Notes: generated by a model from the sequence alone, not told the origin. 64,000 nucleotides of DNA from Desulfosoma sp. (GCA_037481835.1 JBBFKW010000013.1:32001-96000), one strand, 5' to 3'; positions 30,981-41,108 are shown, counted from the stretch's first letter. Translations and numbers: made by a program.

Positions 30981-32033
30981 ATGCTGACAATCTTTGTGCC
31001 CAAGGACAAACTGCCCGGGTTGATCGGCCGGATCATGGACGGGGCTCGGGTCTTTGCGCCGGTCAGGGACGGCGACGGTTACCGGTTTCGGCTTCTGGAC
31101 CGGCCGGACAAGGCGGACTTCACGTACCAGAACACGCGCCTTTCCCCCAAGGAACTCATCCATCCGCCGGCGGAGACCATGTTTTCCTACAGCCTGAAAA
31201 AAGGGGATCCCAAGGAAGGGATCCTGGAAGAAGTCCCCAAGGCGTTGGGGAAACGGGTCGTGTGGGGGATCCGCCCCTGCGACGCCAAGGCCTTTCAGTT
31301 GGTGGACATCAACTTCATCACCGATCAGGTCGTAGACCCATGGTGGCAGAAGCGCCGCCAGGCCACCGTCCTGGTGGGCTTGGGGTGCGCTGAACCGTGC
31401 AACACCTGCTTTTGCACGTCGGTCGGGACGGGACCTTTCGACCGAAGCGCTCTTGATGTGCTCATGACCGAACTTGCCGAAGGCTACCTCCTGGAAGCCG
31501 TCACGGACGCGGGCGAGGCCCTGCTGGCCGGGGCGCCGGAAGGGGCCCCGGCGTCGGGATCGACCCTTTCGGAAGCCCGATCCGTCGCCGAAAAGGCCGA
31601 AAAGAGCCTCCCGCGCCTGTTCGTGCCCGAGCCCCTCAAGGAAAAGCCCATGACGGAACTGTTCCAGGCCGCCTTTTGGGAGGAAGTCCAATTCGCCTGC
31701 ATCAACTGCGGCACCTGCACCTTCTTGTGCCCCACCTGCTGGTGTTTCGACATCCAGGACGAAGTTCATCACCAGGAAGGGGTGCGGCTGCGCCTGTGGG
31801 ATTCGTGCATGTTTCCCCTGTTCACCCTGCACGGGTCCGGACACAACCCAAGAAGCCAGAAGCTCCAGCGGGTGCGCCAGCGCTTCATGCACAAGTTCAA
31901 ATACTACGTGGATAAATACGGAAACGGGCCGGCGTGTGTGGGCTGCGGGCGCTGTGTCCAATACTGCCCCGTAAACATCGACATTCGGCGTGTTGCGGGC
32001 ATGATGACGGCTTCCTGCGTGTGCCCGACCTAG
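30981..32033 (+). CDS. FlxB/AsrA-like 4Fe-4S protein
   Basis: GIRPCD, CFCTS, CINCGTCTFLCPTCWCF, WDSC, RFMHKF, CVGCGRCVQYCP. Confidence 0.87.
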   Translation: MLTIFVPKDKLPGLIGRIMDGARVFAPVRDGDGYRFRLLDRPDKADFTYQNTRLSPKELIHPPAETMFSYSLKKGDPKEGILEEVPKALGKRVVWGIRPCDAKAFQLVDINFITDQVVDPWWQKRRQATVLVGLGCAEPCNTCFCTSVGTGPFDRSALDVLMTELAEGYLLEAVTDAGEALLAGAPEGAPASGSTLSEARSVAEKAEKSLPRLFVPEPLKEKPMTELFQAAFWEEVQFACINCGTCTFLCPTCWCFDIQDEVHHQEGVRLRLWDSCMFPLFTLHGSGHNPRSQKLQRVRQRFMHKFKYYVDKYGNGPACVGCGRCVQYCPVNIDIRRVAGMMTASCVCPT

Positions 32034-32047
32034 TGCGGAGGACTGAC

Positions 32048-32890
32048 GTGAAGAACCCCTATCTGCCCTATCCTGTCAGGATCCAAGAGATCATCACCGA
32101 AACCCAGGACCGCAATCTGAAGACGTTCAAGCTCGTCTTCCTCAATCCGGACGATGAGGCCGCTTTCGCCTACATGCCCGGCCAGTTCGCCGAACTTTCG
32201 GTGGCCGGCCAGGGGGAAGTGCCCATCGGCATCGCCTCTTCCCCCACGGAAAAGGGCTTTCTCATGTTTACCGTCAACCGCGTGGGACGGGTGACGACGC
32301 ATCTGCACAACATGAAGCCCGGGGACGTCATGGGGGTACGGGGCCCCTTGGGCAATTGGTATCCCTGGGAAGAAATGAAAGGGAAGAACGTGGTCATCAT
32401 CGGCGGCGGATTCGCCTTCACGACCCTTCGCTCTTCCATCGTGTGGATGCTGGACCCCGCCCATCGCAAAGACTACGGGGACATCACCGTGGTCTACGGC
32501 GCCCGAAACCCGGGCATGCTGCTCTACAAGGACGAACTGGTGGACTGGGAACAGCGCGACGACATCACCATGCACCTCACCGTGGATGCCACGGACGACC
32601 CCCAATGGAAATACAACGTGGGGTTCGTGCCCGCCGTGACCAAGGAAAAGGCCCCCAGTGCGGAAAACGCCTACGCCATCGTGTGCGGCCCGCCCATCAT
32701 GATCAAGTTCACCCTGCCCGTTTTGGCCGACTTGGGCTTCCCGCCCGAGCGGATCATCACGAGCCTGGAGATGCGCATGAAATGCGGGATCGGCATGTGC
32801 GGCCGGTGCAACATCGGCACCGAATATGTCTGTAAGGACGGGCCCGTCTTTTCCATGGCCAAGCTGGCCACGCTGCCCAACGAGTACTAA
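32048..32890 (+). CDS. FlxA/AsrB/PyrK-like FAD/NAD(P)-binding [2Fe-2S] subunit
   Basis: GTG after GGAGG; PGQF, RGPLGN, IGGGFA, YGARNP, CGPPIM, MKCGIGMCGRC, CKDGPVF. Confidence 0.9.
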   Translation: MKNPYLPYPVRIQEIITETQDRNLKTFKLVFLNPDDEAAFAYMPGQFAELSVAGQGEVPIGIASSPTEKGFLMFTVNRVGRVTTHLHNMKPGDVMGVRGPLGNWYPWEEMKGKNVVIIGGGFAFTTLRSSIVWMLDPAHRKDYGDITVVYGARNPGMLLYKDELVDWEQRDDITMHLTVDATDDPQWKYNVGFVPAVTKEKAPSAENAYAIVCGPPIMIKFTLPVLADLGFPPERIITSLEMRMKCGIGMCGRCNIGTEYVCKDGPVFSMAKLATLPNEY

Positions 32891-32994
32891 CGGGGCGGGC
32901 GATCATTTTGGGAAAAATTTCTTTTAACCGAGCCGGGGTTGTGTTACGTATAGACGGAATCGATCAAACGGGAACCGAGTCAGGGGAGAGAACT

Positions 32995-34221
32995 ATGGAG
33001 CCGTTGCTTTTGACCAAGAGGGAGAGGCGCAAGCTGGCGAGCCAGTATGCCGAGCTGTGCCTGACGTGCGGCACCTGTGCCGGCGGGTGTCCCGTCACGG
33101 GGGTGGACGGCCTGGATGTGCGCAAAGTGGTGCGTTTGGCCGTTTTGGGCTTGGACCAGGAGGTGGTGGATTCCAAATTCCCGTGGGTGTGCACGCTGTG
33201 CGGTCGGTGTGAGTATGCATGCCCCATGAACATCGATCTTTTGAAGCTGCTGCGTTCCGCCCGCAGCATGCGCGATCGGGACAAGGTGCCGGGGGTGCTC
33301 CACAAGGGCGTGGAAATGTGCCTCAAGACCGGCAACAACGTGGGGATCCCCGAAGAGGATTTCCGGTACCTGTTGGAAGATCTGGCCGCCGAACTGGCGG
33401 AAGAACTGCCCGGCTTCGAAGTGCCCATCGACAAGAAGGGCGCCAAGTACCTCTTTACCATCAACTCCAAGGAACCCTTCGCGGAACCGGAAGACATGAT
33501 GTTTTGGTGGCGCATCCTTTACGCCGCCAACGAATCCTGGACCGTGGCGTCCAAGAACTGGGAAGGCGTCAACTGGGGCCTGTTCACGGGGGACGATGCG
33601 GCCATGAAGGAAATCGTGGGGCGCATCGTGCAAAACTACAAGGAGCTCGAGTGCGAGTACCTTGTCTTACCCGAGTGAGGGCACGCCTATTATGCGACCA
33701 GGCTTGGTCTGCAAAATTGGTTTGCCGATGAAGGCGTCAAGTTCGTCAGCGTTCACGACCTCTTGAAGCAATACCTGGAAGAAGGCCGCATCAAGGTGGA
33801 CAAATCCATCCACCACGAACTGACCACGTACCATGACCCGTGCAATTACGCCCGCAAGAGCGAACGGGCGTTCGGGCACGGCTACTACGAGGAACCCCGC
33901 TGGGTGGTGCAGCAGTGCTGCGAACATTTCGTGGACATGTATCCCAACCGCGCCAACAACTACTGCTGCGGGGCCGGCGGCGGCGCCTGGGCATCCCCGT
34001 ACGTGGAGGAGCGCATCTTCTACGGCCGGGTGAAAGCCAAGCAGATCAAGGACACGGGCGCCAAGCTCCTCATCGCCCCGTGTCACAACTGCCGCGACCA
34101 GATCATGAAGAGCCTCCGCAAGGAATACGACTTCATGGACGTGGAAGTGAAGTACCTCTGGGAGCTCGTGGCGGATTCCCTAATCATCGAGCCCCGGGAG
34201 GAGGCGGAAGAGGAAGAATAG
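32995..34221 (+). CDS. HdrD/DsrK-like Fe-S CCG-domain selenoprotein, 408 aa, Sec228
   Basis: ORFs 32908-33678 and 33763-34221 are in frame with no other stop between them. TGA at 33676-33678 lies in LVLPE*GHAYY (ECGH motif). N-terminal CLTCGTCAGGCP/CTLCGRCEYACP; YHDPCN, CCGAGGG, PCHNC. Confidence 0.9.
33693..33713 (+). promoter_or_regulatory. Putative bacterial SECIS hairpin (hdrD-like gene)
   Basis: tgc-gacca-[ggct]-tggtc-t-gca, stem with a bulged U, beginning 14 nt after the TGA. Confidence 0.65.
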
Positions 34222-34246
34222 ATCTTTTGCCGTCCTTGAGCCGATG

Positions 34247-34287
34247 AAGCCTCGGAAACGCCTTGCGCTTTCCGGGGCTTTTTTTTT
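34247..34287 (+). terminator. Rho-independent terminator closing the hdr-flx cluster
   Basis: aagcctcggaaa / tttccggggctt stem followed by a T run. Confidence 0.85.
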
Positions 34288-34403
34288 GCCTTCGGCTTCT
34301 TTACAATGGCTATCACGAGGAGGCGGCGCCCCCGGGCTGGGGTGGCCGGCCGCAAAGGAGGAATGGGAAAGCCGGCCCTCGGGGTCGAAACGGGAGATGC
34401 AGG

Positions 34404-35696
34404 ATGGGGAAGAAAAAGAAAAGCACGGGAGAAAGGGGACCGATCCTTTCGGAAAATGAACGGGCGGAACTGTCTTTTTTCATGGACCGCCTCCGCATGC
34501 AGGATCCTCGTGGGCCCAGCCTGGAAAATTGCCTCAAGAGCCTCAAGCAGGCCTTGTCCCGTCGGGAGGTCCTGGCGGCGGCCTTGTTGGAGGCTTTGAG
34601 CCGGGAAGGCGGCGAAGTGTGCTTTCGCGCCTTCTGCGAACTCCAGGGGATTGTTCGGGACAAGCGGCTGGAAAAAATCGTACGCCAGGCGGCTTTCCGA
34701 TTCCGCCAAAAAGGCTTCGACGTGCCGCGCGGGTCGGCTCCCACCCCTGAAGCCTCCACGGTCTCCCTCATCAAAGCGGAATCCGTCAAGAACGAATGCC
34801 TTATGGCGGCGAGCCCCATCCACCACGCTTTTCAATACGCCGCCTACGTCTATTCAAAGCCTAGCGCGGCCTACGGGATGGTCGTTGTTTTCGTTGGGCC
34901 AGCCTTCCAGTGCGAGGGGCTGGCTCTGCTTCACGAATCGCGGCGAACCTTCAGGGATCTTGTCAGAAAAGGCGCCGAAAAGCTCGAAAGTCGCGTGCAG
35001 GAAATCCCCTTGGGACATTTGACGAGAGTCGTCCATGACTTGGCGGCGTTGGGCCGAATCCCGCCGGACCATGCCTCGGACCTCAAAGGGGTGCAAAAGC
35101 TGTTGCACGAGCACTGCCTGGGCGATCCCCGGCCTTATTTTTTGCAGCTCTGGGAACAGAAAGGCCGAGGGCCTCTGCGGGAAATCGATGAGGACGCATT
35201 GATCCGGTTCCTTGCGGATCACCCGTCGGTGATCCCGACACATGCCGACATTCCAAGGACGACGGCGCTCCAGGCAGCCGTAAAGGAGCTGGAAGGACTC
35301 CGAGGCGGGGTTCTCGAAGTTCCGGAACACATCCAGCGCGAAAGGGAGCGGGATCGCGTCAAGGACATCACCGGGCGCCTCATGTCCCGGGAAATCTGCC
35401 GGCTTCTCGGCAGGCATTGGGAAGAATACGCCCTGTGGCTGCTTCTGGATGAGAATTTTTCCATGGCGGAAACGGTCTATCGGCTGGCGGAGCATGTGAG
35501 CGCCGTGACAGAGCCCGGCACCAGCCGCCTCATGGCCCGGTATGTGGAACTCCTCCTGTTGCTCCGATTTGAATTCCTCGCTGCAGACCTTGAAGACCAG
35601 CTGGAGGAGTTTGTGAAGGATGAGATCGACGACGAGGACTCGCAAGGATGGAAGACGCCGTCGGGCCTCTATATCCCTGGTGGTCTCATCAAGTAG
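34404..35696 (+). CDS. Hypothetical helical protein
   Basis: 430-aa ORF with GGAG upstream; acidic tail ending KTPSGLYIPGGLIK; no catalytic motif recognised. Confidence 0.7.
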   Translation: MGKKKKSTGERGPILSENERAELSFFMDRLRMQDPRGPSLENCLKSLKQALSRREVLAAALLEALSREGGEVCFRAFCELQGIVRDKRLEKIVRQAAFRFRQKGFDVPRGSAPTPEASTVSLIKAESVKNECLMAASPIHHAFQYAAYVYSKPSAAYGMVVVFVGPAFQCEGLALLHESRRTFRDLVRKGAEKLESRVQEIPLGHLTRVVHDLAALGRIPPDHASDLKGVQKLLHEHCLGDPRPYFLQLWEQKGRGPLREIDEDALIRFLADHPSVIPTHADIPRTTALQAAVKELEGLRGGVLEVPEHIQRERERDRVKDITGRLMSREICRLLGRHWEEYALWLLLDENFSMAETVYRLAEHVSAVTEPGTSRLMARYVELLLLLRFEFLAADLEDQLEEFVKDEIDDEDSQGWKTPSGLYIPGGLIK

Positions 35697-35705
35697 GGGG
35701 GAACC

Positions 35706-36116
35706 ATGAAGGTGATGACGTTTCACGTGAAGACGGCCGCCCGAAGCGACGCCGTGGACATCACGGCATCTGTCGCTGAAAAGGTGCGGGAAAGCGGGAT
35801 CCGGGACGGCATGTGCCTGGTCTATGTGCCTCACACCACGGCCGCAGTGACCATCAACGAAGGGGCCGATCCCGCCGTTATGGACGATGTGCTGCGCGCC
35901 CTGGACCGCCTGGTTCCATGGCAAGCCGACTATCGGCACTCGGAAGGCAATGCGGCGGCCCACATCAAGACGACCCTGACGGGCTCTTCCGTGTCGGTCC
36001 TCGTGGAAAGCGGGCGGCTCCTCCTGGGCACCTGGCAGCGCATCTTCCTGTGCGACTTCGACGGTCCGAGAACGCGCAAGGTCCACGTGAGCGTTCTGAG
36101 CGCTGGTTCCGCCTAA
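35706..36116 (+). CDS. YjbQ/UPF0047 family protein
   Basis: PHTTAAVTINEGADP, HSEGNAAAHIK, LGTWQ.IF...FDGPR. Confidence 0.92.
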   Translation: MKVMTFHVKTAARSDAVDITASVAEKVRESGIRDGMCLVYVPHTTAAVTINEGADPAVMDDVLRALDRLVPWQADYRHSEGNAAAHIKTTLTGSSVSVLVESGRLLLGTWQRIFLCDFDGPRTRKVHVSVLSAGSA

Positions 36117-36132
36117 CCCTCGGACCCACGAC

Positions 36133-36247
36133 AACCCTAAGCGTCGGTTGCGGTGAGCGCGGTAGAAGCCTTTGGGCCGCTTCCAAGGCGCTGGCACAGC
36201 CCGCATAACCCTAAGTGTCGGTTGGGGTGAGCGCAGCGAACCCCAAC
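36133..36247 (+). repeat. Tandem REP-like copies (one partial, one complete)
   Basis: 28-bp direct repeat aaccctaagYgtcggttgSggtgagcgc at 36133-36160 and 36207-36234; the second continues as the full palindrome to ccccaac at 36247. Confidence 0.8.
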
Positions 36248-36369
36248 AACGCCGAAACGAGGGCCCCCCTGGACATGAGGGCAGGAAATCCCGGTTCCTC
36301 CTGTGTTTCCCAAGCCATGATCCCGGCGGGCCCATCCCCATTTCCGGCACACAGACCAAAGGAGATTCC

Positions 36370-38484
36370 ATGGAACGATTGGAAGCCATCTTTTCCCCGG
36401 CATCGGTGGCCGTCGTCGGGGCCTCGACCGTACCCGGCAAGGTCGGGCACGATCTTTTCGCCAACATTTTGCGCGGCGGATACACGGGAACCCTTTTTCC
36501 CGTCAACCCCAAGGCCCGGTCGGTGCTGAGCGTCAAGGCCTACCCGAGCCTCATGGACATTCCCGATCCCGTGGACCTGGCGATCCTCGTCGTGCCACCG
36601 CACACGGCCTTGAACGTCGTGGACGAAGCCGCCCGAAAGGGCGTCAAAGGCATCGTCGTCGTCTCCGCGGGGTTTCGGGAAGTGGGCCCGGAAGGGCGGG
36701 CCATGGAGGAAGCCATCACGGCGCGCTGCCGTGAAGCGGGCATCCGCCTCGTGGGCCCCAACTGCCTGGGGGTCATCAACCCTCATCCTTCGGTGCGCAT
36801 GAACGCCAGCTTTTCCAACCGGATGCCGGCTTTCGGCCATATCTCCTTCATCTCTCAAAGCGGGGCCTTGTGCACGTCCGTCTTGGACTTTGCGGCGGAA
36901 AGGGACTTCGGGTTTTCCAAGTTCATTTCCATCGGCAACAAAGCCGATGTGGACGAACTGGACCTGCTGCGGTACCTGCACCAGGACGAAGACACGCAGG
37001 TGATCATGATCTACCTGGAGGAGCTGCGGCGCGGGCCGGAATTCATCCAGGAGGTCAAGGGCATCACTTCCGGGGATCGTCCCACGCCCGTTCTGGTCAT
37101 CAAGTCCGGGCGGACTGTTGCCGGAGCGCGCGCCGCCGCGTCCCACACGGGATCCTTGGCCGGGTCCGAAGCCGTCTACGACGCCATTTTCAAACAGGCG
37201 GGGATGATCCGCGTGGATTCCATTGAAGAGCTTTTCAATTTCGCCGGGGCCTTTGCCGGGAAAAAGACGCCCCCGGGAAACAAGGTGGCTATTGTCACCA
37301 ACGCGGGCGGACCGGGCATTGTGGCGACGGACATGACCGTTTCCTCGGGGCTGGAATTGGCCCGGTTTCATGACGAGACCGTGGAGGCGCTCCAAAGCCA
37401 TCTTCCGGCGACGGCCAACATCCACAACCCGGTGGACGTCATCGGGGACGCCACCCAGGAACGCTATGAGAAGGCCTTGGAGTCCGTTATCAAAGACGAA
37501 AACGTGGACGGGGCCCTGGTCATCCTCACGCCCCAATCCATGACCAACGCCCTGGAAACCGCCAAGGCCATCGTGAAGATCGACCAGAAAACCCCAAAGC
37601 CGATCCTATGCTGTTTCATGGGGATCTTCGACGTCTCCGCGGGGGTGAAGGTCCTCCAGGAAAACCGCATCCCCGTATACCGTTTCCCCGAACAGGCGGC
37701 GAAGGCTTTCGGGGCGCTCTACCGCTACTCCAGCTGGCTCAACCGGCAGAAGCTCGCGCAATTTTCCCTGGAACACGACACCGCTCGGGCTCGAGACATC
37801 ATCCACGTCGCCTTGGACCAGGGCCGCACGTGCCTCACCGAATGGGAAGGCGCCGAGCTGCTGCGCTGTTACGGTTTTCAAACCCTGCCGTCCTTTATCG
37901 CCAAAACGCGGGAAGAAGCCGTGGAATACGCCGCAAGCCTCACCTTTCCCGTGGCGCTCAAGGTCGTCTCCCCGCAAATCCTTCACAAGACCGAGGCCAA
38001 GGCCGTGCGACTCCACGTGGCTTCACCCGAAGAGGCGGCAGCGGCTTTCGATGACATCGTGGCCTGCGCCAAGGCTTACGATCCCAAGGCGGAGATCGTC
38101 GGGGTGTTGGTGCAGAAGATGGCGGCGCCAGGCGAGGAGGTCATCCTGGGCATGACGCGCTATCCCGTCTTCGGGCCTTTGCTCATGTTCGGCCTCGGGG
38201 GGATCTTCGTGGAAGTCTTCAAGGATGTGGACTTCCGCGTGGCGCCCATCGGGCGCAACGAAGCCCGGCGGATGATTCGAGGGATTCGAGGCTATGAGCT
38301 CCTCAAAGGGGTGCGCGGCCGCCCCGAAACGGACACGGCAGCCCTGGAGCGCTCTTTGGTGTGCCTTTCCGATCTCGTGCTGAACCATCCGGAGATCAAG
38401 GAGCTGGACATGAACCCGGTGCTGGTGCACGAGAAGGGAAAGGGAGCAACCGTGGCCGACGTCCGGGTGATTCTCGAACCGTAG
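36370..38484 (+). CDS. ADP-forming acetate/acyl-CoA ligase (fused alpha-beta)
   Basis: VVGAS, VGPNCLG, ISQSGA, AASHTGSLAG, TNAGGPG, NPVDVIGDA, C-terminal ATP-grasp (HKTE, ELDMNP). Confidence 0.92.
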   Translation: MERLEAIFSPASVAVVGASTVPGKVGHDLFANILRGGYTGTLFPVNPKARSVLSVKAYPSLMDIPDPVDLAILVVPPHTALNVVDEAARKGVKGIVVVSAGFREVGPEGRAMEEAITARCREAGIRLVGPNCLGVINPHPSVRMNASFSNRMPAFGHISFISQSGALCTSVLDFAAERDFGFSKFISIGNKADVDELDLLRYLHQDEDTQVIMIYLEELRRGPEFIQEVKGITSGDRPTPVLVIKSGRTVAGARAAASHTGSLAGSEAVYDAIFKQAGMIRVDSIEELFNFAGAFAGKKTPPGNKVAIVTNAGGPGIVATDMTVSSGLELARFHDETVEALQSHLPATANIHNPVDVIGDATQERYEKALESVIKDENVDGALVILTPQSMTNALETAKAIVKIDQKTPKPILCCFMGIFDVSAGVKVLQENRIPVYRFPEQAAKAFGALYRYSSWLNRQKLAQFSLEHDTARARDIIHVALDQGRTCLTEWEGAELLRCYGFQTLPSFIAKTREEAVEYAASLTFPVALKVVSPQILHKTEAKAVRLHVASPEEAAAAFDDIVACAKAYDPKAEIVGVLVQKMAAPGEEVILGMTRYPVFGPLLMFGLGGIFVEVFKDVDFRVAPIGRNEARRMIRGIRGYELLKGVRGRPETDTAALERSLVCLSDLVLNHPEIKELDMNPVLVHEKGKGATVADVRVILEP

Positions 38485-38512
38485 AAGACGCCGGGAAAAA
38501 AAGGGGCGCCGG

Positions 38513-38541
38513 TTGACGATCTTCGGGAGCGCGCTTAAAGT
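38513..38541 (+). promoter_or_regulatory. Sigma70-like promoter upstream of tpx
   Basis: TTGACG-N17-TAAAGT with an upstream A-tract. Confidence 0.55.
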
Positions 38542-38627
38542 TACAGGCAAAGTTCAGGCGTTCGAAACGGGTGTGGACGAACCGGCAAGGCTTTTCGCGC
38601 ATCGTGACCCTCTAAAGGAGAGTGCCC

Positions 38628-39137
38628 ATGGCAGAAAGACCCGGCGCTGTGACCATGAAAGGCTCGCCCCTGACCCTCGTGGGATCGGAAGTGTCCGTAG
38701 GGGACAAAGCCCCCGACTTCCTGGCCCTGAATAACGACCTGCAACCCGTCCGACTGTCTCAATTCGCAGGAAAAACCGTCATCCTCTCCTCCGTGCCGTC
38801 CCTGGACACCCCGGTGTGCGATATGGAAACCCGGCGGTTCAACCAGGAAGCGGAAAAGCTCGGAGACGACGTGGTCGTGCTCACCATCAGCATGGATCTC
38901 CCTTTCGCCCAGAAACGATGGTGTGGGGCGGCGGGAGTGACGCGCGTGATGACCCTGTCGGATCATCGCGACGCATCCTTCGGGCAGGCCTACGGCGTGC
39001 TCATCAAAGAACTGCGCCTTTTGGCCCGCGCCGTCTTTGTGGTCGGCAAGGACGGTGTGATCAAACACGCCCAGCTCGTCAAGGAAATCACCGAGGAACC
39101 CGATTACGCGGCGGTCCTGAACGCCGTGAAGGGCTAA
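38628..39137 (+). CDS. tpx: Thiol peroxidase
   Basis: VPSLDTPVC, RRFN, ISMDLPFAQKRWC, LARAVFV, EPDY. Confidence 0.95.
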   Translation: MAERPGAVTMKGSPLTLVGSEVSVGDKAPDFLALNNDLQPVRLSQFAGKTVILSSVPSLDTPVCDMETRRFNQEAEKLGDDVVVLTISMDLPFAQKRWCGAAGVTRVMTLSDHRDASFGQAYGVLIKELRLLARAVFVVGKDGVIKHAQLVKEITEEPDYAAVLNAVKG

Positions 39138-39409
39138 GCCCATCGATCCGGCGTCTCGGCTCCCTCGGATGGAAACACCCGAAGGGCCGCGGGGACGCAC
39201 GAGTTGCCGTGGGCGCGAAAATTTTTTCGAAGGATCCGCTTCGGCCGCCGATCGAAAGTCCGAGGTCGTGGCCTTTCGCGGATCGGGCAGAAGCGTTTCC
39301 CATATAGGGGCGGGCGTCGGGCCCGCCCGGCTGAGAGCCGCGGCCTGGGAATGGCGAAGGCTGCGGGGGTGATGACCATGAAAGTCAGAACGAATGGAGG
39401 TGCCTGGAC

Positions 39410-39784
39410 ATGGCGGAAAGACGGGAAGTTTACAAGTGTGATCTGTGCGGCAACATCGTGGAAGTGTTGTGGGGCGGTAAAGGGGAGCTGGTGTGCTGCG
39501 GCCAGCCCATGAAGCTCCAGAAAGAAGGCGTGGTGGACGCCGCCAAGGAAAAGCATGTGCCGGTGGTGGAAAAGACCGCCGACGGGTACAAGGTGAAAGT
39601 GGGCAGCGTCGCTCATCCCATGGAAGAAAAGCACTATATCCAGTGGATCGAGCTCGTGGCCGACGACATTTCCTACTTCCATTTCCTGAAGCCCGGCGAG
39701 GCGCCGGAGGCGACCTTCTGCGTCAAGGCGGAGAACGTCTACGCGCGTGAATACTGCAACCTCCATGGTTTGTGGAAGGGGTAA
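39410..39784 (+). CDS. dfx: Desulfoferrodoxin (superoxide reductase)
   Basis: YKCDLCGN...CCG centre [23 protein letters not shown] centre II. Confidence 0.96.
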   Translation: MAERREVYKCDLCGNIVEVLWGGKGELVCCGQPMKLQKEGVVDAAKEKHVPVVEKTADGYKVKVGSVAHPMEEKHYIQWIELVADDISYFHFLKPGEAPEATFCVKAENVYAREYCNLHGLWKG

Positions 39785-39790
39785 GTCTCC

Positions 39791-40324
<534 letters not shown>

Positions 40325-40333
40325 AAAAGCGGA

Positions 40334-40367
40334 GGGCACTTCCCGCTTTGGGGGGTGCCCCTTTTTT
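40334..40367 (+). terminator. Rho-independent terminator after ferritin
   Basis: gggcacttcc / gggggtgccc stem followed by T6. Confidence 0.7.
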
Positions 40368-40391
40368 GCGGACGCACAAGGAGAAAAAGTC

Positions 40392-40937
40392 ATGGCATCG
40401 GCGGGTGAGGCCCTTGCGGATCTTTTCTGCAAGGCTTTGGAAGTGAAGGAAAAGAAGGAAAAGCTCTACGAAGAGGCCATGGCGTCCTGTTCGGATGCCG
40501 TCGGACGGGAGACGTTCCGGATCCTTTACGAAGCGGAAAAAGAGCACGAAAAGGCCCTCTTTGAGATGCAGGAAGCCCTGAAGGCGGGAAAGGACTGGGT
40601 CGAGGTGTGCCGCTATGCGCCGCCGGAGGAGGACCTGTCCGCCCGCTTGGCCCAGAGGGTTTCCGTGGACAAGGACAAGCTCCCCGAGGCCTGTACGGAC
40701 GAGATCAAGGCCTTGGAAATGGGCATCCAGTTGGAAGAGGTTTCCATCCGGTTGTTTGAAGAAAAGGCTCGGGAGACGACCGATCCGTCCCAGAAGGCCT
40801 TTCTCAGCCGCCTTTCGGCGGAAGAGCGGGAACATCGGCGCCTTTTGCAGGATTTGAAATTCTACTACACCGACCCCCAGGGGTGGTTCATGGAAAAGAG
40901 CCGCGCGCGCCTCGACGGGGCGGGAGCCGTGACCTAA
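40392..40937 (+). CDS. Ferritin-like/rubrerythrin-family diiron protein
   Basis: Two ExxH motifs (AEKEHE, EEREHR) in a four-helix pattern. Confidence 0.82.
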   Translation: MASAGEALADLFCKALEVKEKKEKLYEEAMASCSDAVGRETFRILYEAEKEHEKALFEMQEALKAGKDWVEVCRYAPPEEDLSARLAQRVSVDKDKLPEACTDEIKALEMGIQLEEVSIRLFEEKARETTDPSQKAFLSRLSAEEREHRRLLQDLKFYYTDPQGWFMEKSRARLDGAGAVT

Positions 40938-41108
40938 ACGTTCTTCATTCCAGGAGCGGCCTTGGCCCAGGTTTTTTCGGCTGTCATGTCCTTTGGGGAT
41001 GAGCTTGCCCATGAAAACGGCCGGCACGCGGGCTGATTGGGACAGAGCCCTTAGAGAGCACGGTTTCTTTCGGGGGCGCCATGAAAAGCGCCGTGGAATG
41101 AGACCCCC

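Noticed and set aside
34310..34400. GC-rich stem (ggccggc/gccggcc) with GCAAAG and GGGAAA as a c-di-GMP riboswitch or SRP RNA
   Set aside because: The order and spacing of the conserved motifs do not match either family; an Rfam scan would be needed.
36133..36247. Repeat-spacer-repeat pattern as a mini CRISPR array
   Set aside because: Only two units, the repeat matches the dispersed REP-like palindrome, and there are no cas genes.
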